Below, piece after piece: positions 30,438 through 39,347 of a stretch of DNA of 64,000 bases (position 1 is its first letter; every line of letters begins with the position of its first letter). The stretch covers positions 17,608 to 81,607 of the forward strand of contig CAZEEU010000002.1 in the NCBI GenBank assembly GCA_964511305.1. The letters run 5' to 3'. Made by a program: the position numbers and the translations under genes. The notes beneath the pieces were generated by a model that was given only the letters and a program-made list of their open reading frames with translations, did no database searches and was not told where the DNA came from. This stretch comes from an uncultured Gammaproteobacteria bacterium (GTDB lineage: Bacteria; Patescibacteriota; Microgenomatia; Levybacterales; GWA1-39-11).

Positions 30438-31121
30438 TCAATAATCTACTTTATTTACTATTTTTCCAAAAACTATAATTGCTAAATCAAGAATTAATGG
30501 AATTCCCAGAAGAACACATGCTGTTGTAAAAAAATCCTGAAGATTCTGGCCGTTTAAAATTTCCAGCGTTAGGCCGGGAATTCTTACTCCCACGAAATAT
30601 AGAGTAATAATAGGCGCAACGATTAGAAGGATAAATTCAATTGCTCCTTCCATATCCTTTTTCGAGGAGTACATGGTATTTGCCATCATAAAAGTAAAAA
30701 CTAAAACCAAAACTGTTAATAAATTAAATCCAAATAGATGGTTTGTAAAAAAGTAAAAAAGAACGGATAGAAGCAAAGCTGTACCAACAATGAATGGCGC
30801 AATCCCAATTAAAAAATTTCTAACAATATCTGTTTTTCCTACTTCTACACTTCCCAACTTCAAACTATTTCCATTCAATAGCGGAAAAAGACTCATTTTT
30901 CCCACATACACAAAAAGTACTTTTGCCATTATTGCATGCGAAAATTCATGAATAACCGTACCAGGTAAAAAAAGTATAGCCATCAACCAAATAGCGACTT
31001 TCTGACTTTTGAAAATTTTATAAAAAAGTAAAGACAACTCAGAGGTCAATTGACGAGAAAGAAAGAATAAGACAATAAGCTCTATAAAGAATAAAATAAC
31101 CACTCTATCTAATGTTACCAA
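30438..31121 (-). CDS. M50-like membrane metallopeptidase
   Basis: PGTVIHEFSH, IGIAPF, multiple TMs. Confidence 0.75.
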   Translation of the reverse strand: MVTLDRVVILFFIELIVLFFLSRQLTSELSLLFYKIFKSQKVAIWLMAILFLPGTVIHEFSHAIMAKVLFVYVGKMSLFPLLNGNSLKLGSVEVGKTDIVRNFLIGIAPFIVGTALLLSVLFYFFTNHLFGFNLLTVLVLVFTFMMANTMYSSKKDMEGAIEFILLIVAPIITLYFVGVRIPGLTLEILNGQNLQDFFTTACVLLGIPLILDLAIIVFGKIVNKVDY

Positions 31122-31127
31122 AGAACT

Positions 31128-31610
31128 TTACAAAGCGCGGATCAAACTAGCTAAATATTGTGGCACTCTACTTTTCCAGCTTTTTTTTGATAGCATAAGC
31201 GCTCTTATTCTATAACCCTCAAATTCTTCCCTGTTGTGAAGACCTGTGTATATCGCCGCAATTCCATGTCTTTTTATAATTTCATTATTCCATTCATTAT
31301 TACCAAGCGTAACATCAAACGGTCCTGTTTTTTTATATAAGTTCTCAAACCATACGTCATCATCGGGATTATCATCTAAATTTACTATTTTAATCACTCT
31401 GTCACTGTAACCATTTTTATTAACAAACCTTTCAAGCATCAGCCTTCGTTCATGTGCAGACCAAGGATTATTTTTATTCTTCCTGTTAGCACTACCTACA
31501 CCAATGATTATTCTTTCGCATTGCTCGAATGCTTTTTCAAATAAATATACGTGCCCGTTGTGAAATGGCTGAAATCTACCAATAACAAGCCCTATCTTAT
31601 ATTTTTTCAT
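31128..31610 (-). CDS. Nicotinamide-nucleotide adenylyltransferase (NadM-like)
   Basis: GRFQPFHNGH, IIGVGS, NPWS..ER. Confidence 0.88.
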   Translation of the reverse strand: MKKYKIGLVIGRFQPFHNGHVYLFEKAFEQCERIIIGVGSANRKNKNNPWSAHERRLMLERFVNKNGYSDRVIKIVNLDDNPDDDVWFENLYKKTGPFDVTLGNNEWNNEIIKRHGIAAIYTGLHNREEFEGYRIRALMLSKKSWKSRVPQYLASLIRAL

Positions 31611-31728
31611 AATTTATGAGTTCCTTCCTGCTCTTACTTCCTCAGCAACACTTATAAATGGTAGTTCTGCTCCCACAATCGCATTCTAATAAACTCTTGA
31701 TGTTAAAACAATAATCTCATTTGCACTC

Positions 31729-31769
31729 TTTGTAATTAAGATTACAAAAGTATTGTAATAGAAATTACA
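31729..31769. promoter_or_regulatory. Two Crp-type palindromes upstream of the Crp/Fnr gene
   Basis: TGTAA-N6-TTACA at 31731 and 31754. Confidence 0.7.
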
Positions 31770-31788
31770 TGCGCATATAATCAACAAA

Positions 31789-32496
31789 ATGCCGGAAAGC
31801 ACTTCGTCTTTGTCCCGCCGCCTTAGCACTCTTTGGAAGAAGCCGGACTTTACTGCTTTCTTTTCCCAATACTCCAAACGCAAACCACTAAAAATCAAAA
31901 AGGGAGGAACTATTTTCTATGAGGGCGATCTTTCAGAAAAGATCTACTGCGTAATTAAAGGCTATGTAAAGCTATATAGACTTTCTGAAAGTGGTCGTGA
32001 TGCAGCGATTTATTTATATGGACCAGGAAGTATATTGGGACTTCGCTCTATCACATCAGAAGATGGGATTCTTAGACACAGCGCCGAAGCCTTAACTGAT
32101 TGCGAAATATCATCAATATCAAAAGATGAATACTTAAGAATACTCTCAGAACATCCCGAGCATGTAGTTGACCTTATGCATTCATTTATTCAACGCTTAA
32201 ATAATGCAGAAAGAAAACTTGAAGGATTTATACTGACAGATACTACTGCTCGAGTGGCAAGCTTTTTTGTCGACTGCGCACTTCGTTTTGGTGAAAAGCA
32301 AGACAAAAACATTGCACTCCCTATTCCTTTCACTCATCAAAGAATAGCTGAATTCGTAGGGGCATTCCGCGAAACGATTACGATTGCGATAAATAAATTG
32401 GAAGGTGAAAAACTTATTTCTCTTGATAAAGGCAAGGTTACTATTCTTAATCTCAAGAAACTAAAACAAAAAACTCATATTAACGACTCCCTCTAA
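31789..32496 (+). CDS. Crp/Fnr family transcriptional regulator
   Basis: cNMP-binding domain (IFYEGD, G.VKLY); HTH THQRIAEFVGAFRETIT. Confidence 0.94.
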   Translation: MPESTSSLSRRLSTLWKKPDFTAFFSQYSKRKPLKIKKGGTIFYEGDLSEKIYCVIKGYVKLYRLSESGRDAAIYLYGPGSILGLRSITSEDGILRHSAEALTDCEISSISKDEYLRILSEHPEHVVDLMHSFIQRLNNAERKLEGFILTDTTARVASFFVDCALRFGEKQDKNIALPIPFTHQRIAEFVGAFRETITIAINKLEGEKLISLDKGKVTILNLKKLKQKTHINDSL

Positions 32497-32525
32497 CGAA
32501 CTGAAACCCCAAGAGACCATACGTA

Positions 32526-32564
32526 TGTATGGGATCATACAATTTTCGTGTGTTATTTATTACA
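32526..32564. promoter_or_regulatory. Second pair of Crp-type palindromes
   Basis: TGTAT-N6-ATACA at 32526 and TGTGT-N6-TTACA at 32549. Confidence 0.55.
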
Positions 32565-32700
32565 GAAATCTGAATATTGACATGTTTTAATAAAATCATG
32601 AAAAAGATAACTGCCATTCCAGGAAGAATAATAGTTGCTTTCTTAGAGGTTCTAAATTCAAATACCGAAGTTGAGGAAATTTCAAAGTTTAGGATAAATT

Positions 32701-33414
32701 TTAGACAACGCCAGAAAGATACTCTCTTCTTCTATCCGCGTCAAATCTTTCGATAGCATATCGTAAAGCAGTCCTTCCCATCTTCTTATAATTTTTTAAC
32801 AGATATTTCTCCAGATCTTTCTCAGATACTCTTTTGCCTGACTCTCTCAACATCCACCCTACCGCTTTTTGGACTAGATCATTCTTATCCTCCAACAATA
32901 GATCGGCAACCTGGAAGGTCAATGAATTGTCTTTTTTTGCCCGTTGGAACATATGAGTCGCAACCATCGCTATTCTTCTAAGCCATATGTTGTCTGATTT
33001 TGCATAAAATAGAATTAACGTCACTTTTTTATCTAGTAAAAAATCTCCAATTATTTCAGGAGCAGATCCATCAACTAAATCCCAATTGTTTACAGTTTTA
33101 ATATGCTCTACATAGAAATCGAAAATATTTTTTTTCATTTCTAAATCTGCTTTTTTATATCGGTTGACCAAAATAATAAGACCAACTGAACGCTCTTCAT
33201 GTATCTTCGATAATAAGAGTTTTTCAATATCTGCAAGTGTTAACTTTGGAAATTTCTTAGCTAATACACGCTGCTCTGGAAGTGTTACTCCAATGAATTT
33301 GTCACCATATCCGTATTGACCTTCTCCTGTTTTAAAAAACCGTGAGGATGATTTCTTTTTTTTCTCACTTCCTAATGCACCAAGTTCTTTTCTCAATTGA
33401 GCTAAGCTATTCAT
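32701..33414 (-). CDS. AlkD-like DNA alkylation repair protein
   Basis: FFKTGEGQYG.GD.FIGV, NNWDLVD.SA, W.RR, QKAVGWMLRE. Confidence 0.92.
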   Translation of the reverse strand: MNSLAQLRKELGALGSEKKKKSSSRFFKTGEGQYGYGDKFIGVTLPEQRVLAKKFPKLTLADIEKLLLSKIHEERSVGLIILVNRYKKADLEMKKNIFDFYVEHIKTVNNWDLVDGSAPEIIGDFLLDKKVTLILFYAKSDNIWLRRIAMVATHMFQRAKKDNSLTFQVADLLLEDKNDLVQKAVGWMLRESGKRVSEKDLEKYLLKNYKKMGRTALRYAIERFDADRRREYLSGVV

Positions 33415-33418
33415 TTTC

Positions 33419-33829
33419 TTATTTTTGAATGTAAATATGTGAGTGCCAAATTTCAGCAACAGAAACTTTGCCTTCTTTTCGTGTCATTGAAATCCATTGT
33501 GCATTCTTAAATTTTTTCTCAACCCCTTCTTTTATTTTTGCTTCCGGTAATTCACCTTCCAAACTCCAGAGACAATAATGCATTACGTCAGGTAAATGCG
33601 CTAAAACATTTGTGTGAGGAAAAATATTTTCAATAAGAGCAATTCGTTCATCATTGAATTTTGATGTTATCATCTTTAGAAATTCTTCTCTTGGAATGGA
33701 ATTTTGGTGTGTACTATATTTTTCTCTATCTTCATTCTTTCTTAAAAAGATAGGGTTACAGTCGGTTAAATAATCACGCAATTCAACTAATTCATTCCAG
33801 CTTTCTGGTATTTTGGGGAAGTCATTCAT
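33419..33829 (-). CDS. Hypothetical protein, DUF3605/Gig1-like HIT-related motifs
   Basis: NIFPH...HYCLWS...SVAEIWHSHI. Confidence 0.55.
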   Translation of the reverse strand: MNDFPKIPESWNELVELRDYLTDCNPIFLRKNEDREKYSTHQNSIPREEFLKMITSKFNDERIALIENIFPHTNVLAHLPDVMHYCLWSLEGELPEAKIKEGVEKKFKNAQWISMTRKEGKVSVAEIWHSHIYIQK

Positions 33830-33842
33830 ACAACTCTATCAG

Positions 33843-34766
33843 TTACCCAATGTTATTATTCTCGGTGTGTACAGGATTCTCCCTTTGCAGCTTTCGAAGA
33901 TATGTACATCCATTCGGACATATTTGACCACTCTGATCAATACATTTCTCACATAAAATAAAATGTCTATGACACCCAACAGTATCGCAATTAATGTAAT
34001 GCTCTGATTTCTTATCGCATTTCTCACATCTACCTACAATTTCATGCTCTGGATCGTTAGTATTAAATCCCATAAGTACTCGCTGATCAAAGACATATAA
34101 CTTTCCTTTAAAATGCTCGTTTGGATATTTTTCCATATAGCTCACTATCCCACCACTTAGTTGATATACGTCTGAAAAACCATTTGCCACCAAAAAGCCT
34201 GATGCTTTTTCGCATCTCACTCCACCTGTGCATACTGTCAGTATTTTTTTATCCTTCAAATTCGCCAACTTAGGAAGTATTTTGGGTAAATCTCGATAAT
34301 TTGTTAATTCTGGAAGAATTGATCCTTCGAAATATCCGGCTTTGTGTTCATAGTCATTTCGCATATCAACAATGAAAAATTCCTGCTTTTTCTCAAACCA
34401 TGAATGAAGCTCTTCAGGAGACAAATGTTTGCCTGTTACACTCCATGGCTTAATATCATTTTCATGCAAGTGCATACTAACTATTTCCTCCCTAACCTTT
34501 ATTGAAAGTTTTGGAAATGCTTCACCGGTACCTGTTGACCTTTTCCAATGTACGTCAGAAAATCTTGGGTCTTTTGACATTTCCTCAATATACTTTTCTG
34601 TTGACTCAACGGTGCCTTCGACAGTACCATTTATTCCCTCTGTTGCGATGATGATTCTGCCAGTAAGACCCAGACTCTCACAAAGCCTGCGCTGTTCGCG
34701 CATTTCATGTACTGGATTTTCTATTTCCACATATTTGTAAAATAGGAGTATCTGATAATTATTCAT
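33843..34766 (-). CDS. trhO: tRNA uridine(34) hydroxylase, rhodanese-related (UPF0176)
   Basis: LLFYKY, GRIIIATEGINGT, DMRNDYE, CTGGVRCEKAS, YVFDQR. Confidence 0.92.
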   Translation of the reverse strand: MNNYQILLFYKYVEIENPVHEMREQRRLCESLGLTGRIIIATEGINGTVEGTVESTEKYIEEMSKDPRFSDVHWKRSTGTGEAFPKLSIKVREEIVSMHLHENDIKPWSVTGKHLSPEELHSWFEKKQEFFIVDMRNDYEHKAGYFEGSILPELTNYRDLPKILPKLANLKDKKILTVCTGGVRCEKASGFLVANGFSDVYQLSGGIVSYMEKYPNEHFKGKLYVFDQRVLMGFNTNDPEHEIVGRCEKCDKKSEHYINCDTVGCHRHFILCEKCIDQSGQICPNGCTYLRKLQRENPVHTENNNIG

Positions 34767-34916
34767 AGGTATCCTAACTTTGCCCACTCGCTTTGCTCGG
34801 GGTAAAATAGAACCATTTTATTTTCTATTCTATAGAGATCTTATTATACCAAAATTGAGAGTCAATTCGCTCTCTATCTTGACTATTTGTCTTCCAGTAT
34901 TTAATATTTACCCAAC

Positions 34917-35204
34917 ATGGCCGCAAAGTACCGTCAATTATTTCTTGATATGATGCAAGAGCATCGCGATCTTTTCCTCGACTTTAAGGAAGTGCATGAT
35001 AAATTCATGGAAGATGATTCTCTGAAGCCTGAATTTAATGAGAAAGGAACCAAGGTTGTTGAGGTAATACGGGATTATGAAAGACGTCTTACATCTCAAC
35101 AAGACAAAGGACAATATTCTAAGTTTTCGACGGGACTATCAGATAAATTCTGGGATCAAATCCGCTCCTTTCTCCCATACATAGACTTTGTAGGTGTTAA
35201 ATAA
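34917..35204 (+). CDS. Conserved hypothetical protein
   Basis: Clean ORF; GQYSKFS..LSDKFW..IR..FP.IDFVG-type motif. Confidence 0.75.
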   Translation: MAAKYRQLFLDMMQEHRDLFLDFKEVHDKFMEDDSLKPEFNEKGTKVVEVIRDYERRLTSQQDKGQYSKFSTGLSDKFWDQIRSFLPYIDFVGVK

Positions 35205-35267
35205 TACCATTAAGTTATATCTTGGCTCTGTACTTCTTGTGCTTAAAATTGTATACTTTAACTTCCA

Positions 35268-35603
35268 ATGGCACACCTCGCAGAACTTAAAATTGAAGAG
35301 CTCGTAGTTGGTAACGGCGCAGAAGTTAAAGAAGGCGACACAGTGGTTATGCACTATACCGGTTCGTTTCAGGATGGTGAAAAGTTTGATTCATCTGTTG
35401 ATCGCGGCGTTCCATTCGAAACCAAAATCGGTGTAGGTCATGTGATTAGAGGTTGGGATGAAGGTGTTCCCGGAATGAAAGTTGGAGGAAAGAGAAAATT
35501 GTTCATTCCTTATACAATGGCTTACGGAGAAGAAGGTGCTGGAAGCGTTATCCCCCCACTAGCAGATCTTATTTTTGAAATGGAACTCCTCGCGATTAAA
35601 TAA
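35268..35603 (+). CDS. FKBP-type peptidyl-prolyl isomerase
   Basis: HYTG, FDSS.DRG.PF, VIRGWDEG, GGKRKL.IP..AYG. Confidence 0.96.
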   Translation: MAHLAELKIEELVVGNGAEVKEGDTVVMHYTGSFQDGEKFDSSVDRGVPFETKIGVGHVIRGWDEGVPGMKVGGKRKLFIPYTMAYGEEGAGSVIPPLADLIFEMELLAIK

Positions 35604-35628
35604 CTCTCAGTTTTGCTACAATTGCTTC

Positions 35629-36504
35629 ATGCTTTGGTTTTTTCTCTCACTTTTTGTCGCTGCCTCAAGCTCGACAACAAATATTTTAACGAAAAAAGCC
35701 TCAAAAGAAATTTCACCTCTTACATTCCTGCTTTTATTTTTTGGCTTTATTATTCCATTTGACATACTACTACTTCTTTTACTTGGCGGCACACCAAACG
35801 TATCCGAAGCTTTTTACTTCATGATGCTGCTCTCCATCGGACTTGATGTTATTGCGTTTATTTGTTCTATAAAAGGAATTCAGCTTTCTGACCTTTCTCT
35901 GATTGTTCCTCTCTCATCGTTTCTGCCGGTATTTACGATTATATTTAATGCTATTCTTTTTCAGGAATTCCCAACCCCTATAAAGTTCCTAGGGATTCTT
36001 TTAATTGTTGTTGGTGTTTATGTCCTTAACTTAAAAGATGTTAAGAGAGGTTTTTTAAGACCCATTCAGGACGTCTTATTTAATCGTGGCGCGCAATTAT
36101 TTCTTTTCGCCAATTTTATATGGTCAGTCACTCCAATTTTTCAAAAACAGGCAGTTCTTGCAACAATGCCCCAGAGTCCCGCATATATTGCTCTTGTAAA
36201 TTCGGTAGGAATATTTAGCGTATTGATTGTAATCGTATTTCTCAAAAGAGAAAAAATATCAAAAGCGTTTGTCAAAAAACATACACCTCTTTTTCTTTTG
36301 CTTGGAGTCCTTGGGGCAAGTTCTCAGTACGCAGCGTTTACTGCATTTTCACTTACAAACGTTGCGTATCCAAATGCTGTTTTTAAATTATCTACTCTTT
36401 TTACCGTTATTGTTGGTGGGATACTTTTAAAGGAGAAAAATGTAGGGTCGAGAATAATAGCAACAATCATAATGCTCACAGGCGTAGTCTTCCTCATCTT
36501 CTAA
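35629..36504 (+). CDS. EamA/DMT family transporter
   Basis: About 10 TMs in two repeats; TACAAT upstream of ATG 35629. Confidence 0.88.
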   Translation: MLWFFLSLFVAASSSTTNILTKKASKEISPLTFLLLFFGFIIPFDILLLLLLGGTPNVSEAFYFMMLLSIGLDVIAFICSIKGIQLSDLSLIVPLSSFLPVFTIIFNAILFQEFPTPIKFLGILLIVVGVYVLNLKDVKRGFLRPIQDVLFNRGAQLFLFANFIWSVTPIFQKQAVLATMPQSPAYIALVNSVGIFSVLIVIVFLKREKISKAFVKKHTPLFLLLGVLGASSQYAAFTAFSLTNVAYPNAVFKLSTLFTVIVGGILLKEKNVGSRIIATIIMLTGVVFLIF

Positions 36505-36514
36505 CTTACTTAAT

Positions 36515-36634
36515 TACGGGTGACACGTCGAAGGGGCTCCATCGAGAAAATTTCACAAGCGATCAATAAAAAATAGACAGGTAGAGCGGGTGGATATTTT
36601 TGAAAATGGGGATTTAGACGTGACAGGACCCGTA
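36515..36634 (+). repeat. 120-bp rod-like palindromic element, copy 1
   Basis: Near-identical to 43848-43965; ends TACGGGT/ACCCGTA; between convergent genes. Confidence 0.92.
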
Positions 36635-36639
36635 TCCCC

Positions 36640-38199
36640 TTATCCTATCTCTTCCCTCTTATTGTGCAAGAAGAAGAACCACTGATCAAAAAATCCAACC
36701 AACCCCTTATATGGGGCTTCTATTAGAAAGTCTAATATAAATAAGAAGATATTAACTTGAGAAATACCTGCAGTTAAGTATTGACCAACCCTGGCAATCG
36801 GCATGAAGAAGAAATCTACGATTGGAGTGAGTATCCCCTGAGTGCTCTCGACGCTATATTCATGAGCAGTTATATTTATGCGATATGCCAAAAAGCTTAC
36901 GATCGCCAAGAAGAATATAAAAATTGCCTGGCTGACTGCTGAAAATCCGAGAAGCGAAAGACCCAGTGATACTGCGCCAAAACTTAAAAGAAAAGCAACA
37001 ACCCACAAGATACCAAATGTTAATTCCATTACACTTCTCGGTTTTTTTTCAGAAGAAGGAAAAGCCATCACCCTACCAACTTTCGGATCTTCCTCAAAAA
37101 GGAGAGCATGAATTCTGCTTAATATTAATCGTGAATTCTTCTCGCCAGGGGTCCTTATTGAGAACCCTACTACTATCATAAAAAGGGTTGGAATAATAAC
37201 ATTTAAAGCCAATGTTAACCATTGAATGTGCCCTAAAAATATTCTTTCATATGTTCCTTCGATTCCAAAAGCTATGACTGTCTTTGAAAGCAAGATAAAT
37301 ATAACGCTCCTTATAATTGCGCGTCTTACCTTTTCAGAGATTGTCTTATATTTCTTTTTGCACGCGGCATTGATTGCAGTATTTAATTCTTCTTCATTCT
37401 CAGCAAGTTCTTTAATGTTGTTTTGTGTTGCAAAAATATCCTCCATTATCAAAAATGCAGGGATCTGTCTTTTGACATAACCCAGAACTTTAAAACGTGC
37501 AGGATGCGCAAGTTGAGATTCAATTTGTTTGTGTGCATGGCCAAATTGAGCTCCAACCTCCCCAACATCCATCTTAGACATTTCTCCAAAATACTGCGTA
37601 AATAATTTGTATCTTAAAAAGGCAAGATCATCTTTGGAATATGCACGTCTAATAGCAATAAAAAGTTGTATATCGCGCTGTTCTTCTGTTTCTTCTTGGG
37701 CAGATATACTTTTTTGCAGGACGTGGAAAATATAGTTCCCCACAGCCTCTTCAACTTTGTTTGGATGCAACATCTCTTCAATATCGGAGGACATTAACTG
37801 GAACATTAACTCCCTCATCTCTCCCTCTTTAATTTGGTGAGACTTAACAACTTCGGTTTTCAAGTGTATGTAAAAATTTATTACGTTTTCCAAAGATGTA
37901 ATAGTGTCTTCGGTGTACATACTCTCCGGAAAATATCGTGCCCACACCAACTCTTTAAGTAAAGGCTTTGCCGTACTAGCACCATTTCCACCTAAAGCCA
38001 AACGACGTTTTAGAATCCTTTCGATTGAGGCTCTTAGAATGACTTCTTCATCCCGATATTCTATGGAGTTTCTAAATTTTTCGTACCAGGAGGCAAGCTC
38101 CGAAACAAGGGGGTTAATTGCATTTGCACTTTCAATTGGAACTTCTTTTGCCTTCTCAAAAATATGGATAAGGCTCTCTGAGTACTTATTTAACTGCAT
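36640..38199 (-). CDS. Conserved hypothetical membrane protein
   Basis: YEKFRNSIEYRDEEVILRASIERILKRRL; C-terminal TMs. Confidence 0.8.
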   Translation of the reverse strand: MQLNKYSESLIHIFEKAKEVPIESANAINPLVSELASWYEKFRNSIEYRDEEVILRASIERILKRRLALGGNGASTAKPLLKELVWARYFPESMYTEDTITSLENVINFYIHLKTEVVKSHQIKEGEMRELMFQLMSSDIEEMLHPNKVEEAVGNYIFHVLQKSISAQEETEEQRDIQLFIAIRRAYSKDDLAFLRYKLFTQYFGEMSKMDVGEVGAQFGHAHKQIESQLAHPARFKVLGYVKRQIPAFLIMEDIFATQNNIKELAENEEELNTAINAACKKKYKTISEKVRRAIIRSVIFILLSKTVIAFGIEGTYERIFLGHIQWLTLALNVIIPTLFMIVVGFSIRTPGEKNSRLILSRIHALLFEEDPKVGRVMAFPSSEKKPRSVMELTFGILWVVAFLLSFGAVSLGLSLLGFSAVSQAIFIFFLAIVSFLAYRINITAHEYSVESTQGILTPIVDFFFMPIARVGQYLTAGISQVNIFLFILDFLIEAPYKGLVGFFDQWFFFLHNKREEIG

Positions 38200-38257
38200 G
38201 AAGATAGTATACGACAAAAATAGACAAAAAAATCTCTTAGTGCTACCATATATTCTT

Positions 38258-39343
38258 GTGACTGATAGCAATAGACAACAACTCCAAGAATTATCCCAAG
38301 AAATAATAGAAATCAAAAAGACTTTACGATTGGGAACTACCTCCCTCACACCTCTTAATTACCAAGAGGAAATGGACAATTTTAATTCATCTGCTTCGTA
38401 TAGTCCCATCTATATATACAAACAACCAGAGCTTCCAGATTTTTCTAAAATGATTGATGAATTTAAGCTAAAGGCAGACAGACTTGACGTCCCCGAGGAC
38501 ATAAAAGAGCACATCTTCCAATTTCTTGAAGATCAAAATAATTTGTATCTAACTAAATCGTCAATAGGTACTGAAGCGTTTTCTGAACATGCCCATCGTC
38601 TTTTTGACTGGGGCACGGACAGACTCGAAATAATTTTGGCAAATACTCCGGCAGTAGAATTTACAATGTACATAGAACATAAATTAGTTGATGCATACGC
38701 AATTAAAGAGAAATTTGTAGAAGCGCTTAGCAAGTATAATTTAACTGATTTTGAGGTTAGAGTAGACGAATTTAGTCCTCATATTGTAAGTGTTGGTTAT
38801 AAATCAGTTAGTATTGGGGCTGCTGTTAAACGATTTGAATGCAATGTGGACAGGCTTATTGTTCATGAAATAGAAAGTCATGCGATCCAAACCCAAAATA
38901 TGAAAAACTCCCCAACTCCACTTTCTGAATTTGTAAAATATGGGAATCAACATCTCTATGGAGAAGGACTTGCTGTATACAATGAGATTACTACAAGAAA
39001 GATTACCCCTTCAGCTTTTGAAATATACTTCAATAGGATTAAAGCAGTTAAGCTCTTAGATAAAAGTTTTCGTGAAATATATGAAAGCCTTTGTGAAGAT
39101 CTAGATCCAAAACGAGCTTTTGTAATGACGTATAGAGTAAAAAGGGGCATGCATGATACGGCACAACCTGGAGGTTTTCCTAAAGACGCATCATATCTTT
39201 TGGGTTACCATGAGGTTGAAAATCTTGTACTTGAGAATTATCCGAAGAAATTATTGTATGCGACTAAATCCCCCATTCTTTCATTACTGCTTCATAAGCA
39301 TGGATTATTAGATTTAGATAATGTCCTAATTCCGAAGTTCTAG
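38258..39343 (+). CDS. DUF1704/MATCAP-like gluzincin metallopeptidase
   Basis: HEIESH, EGLA, RVKRG, F.KD..YL.G; GTG start after TACCAT. Confidence 0.82.
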   Translation: MTDSNRQQLQELSQEIIEIKKTLRLGTTSLTPLNYQEEMDNFNSSASYSPIYIYKQPELPDFSKMIDEFKLKADRLDVPEDIKEHIFQFLEDQNNLYLTKSSIGTEAFSEHAHRLFDWGTDRLEIILANTPAVEFTMYIEHKLVDAYAIKEKFVEALSKYNLTDFEVRVDEFSPHIVSVGYKSVSIGAAVKRFECNVDRLIVHEIESHAIQTQNMKNSPTPLSEFVKYGNQHLYGEGLAVYNEITTRKITPSAFEIYFNRIKAVKLLDKSFREIYESLCEDLDPKRAFVMTYRVKRGMHDTAQPGGFPKDASYLLGYHEVENLVLENYPKKLLYATKSPILSLLLHKHGLLDLDNVLIPKF

Positions 39344-39347
39344 TAAA

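Noticed and set aside
36515-36634. Integron attC site or simple rho-independent terminator
   Set aside because: Lacks RYYYAAC/GTTRRRY ends, no integrase, flanking genes are convergent, and there is no U-tract after a short GC stem.
37904-38349. Long overlap between the two divergent ORFs
   Set aside because: Artefact of longest-ORF calling; promoter-proximal starts at 38199 (-) and 38258 (+) remove the overlap.
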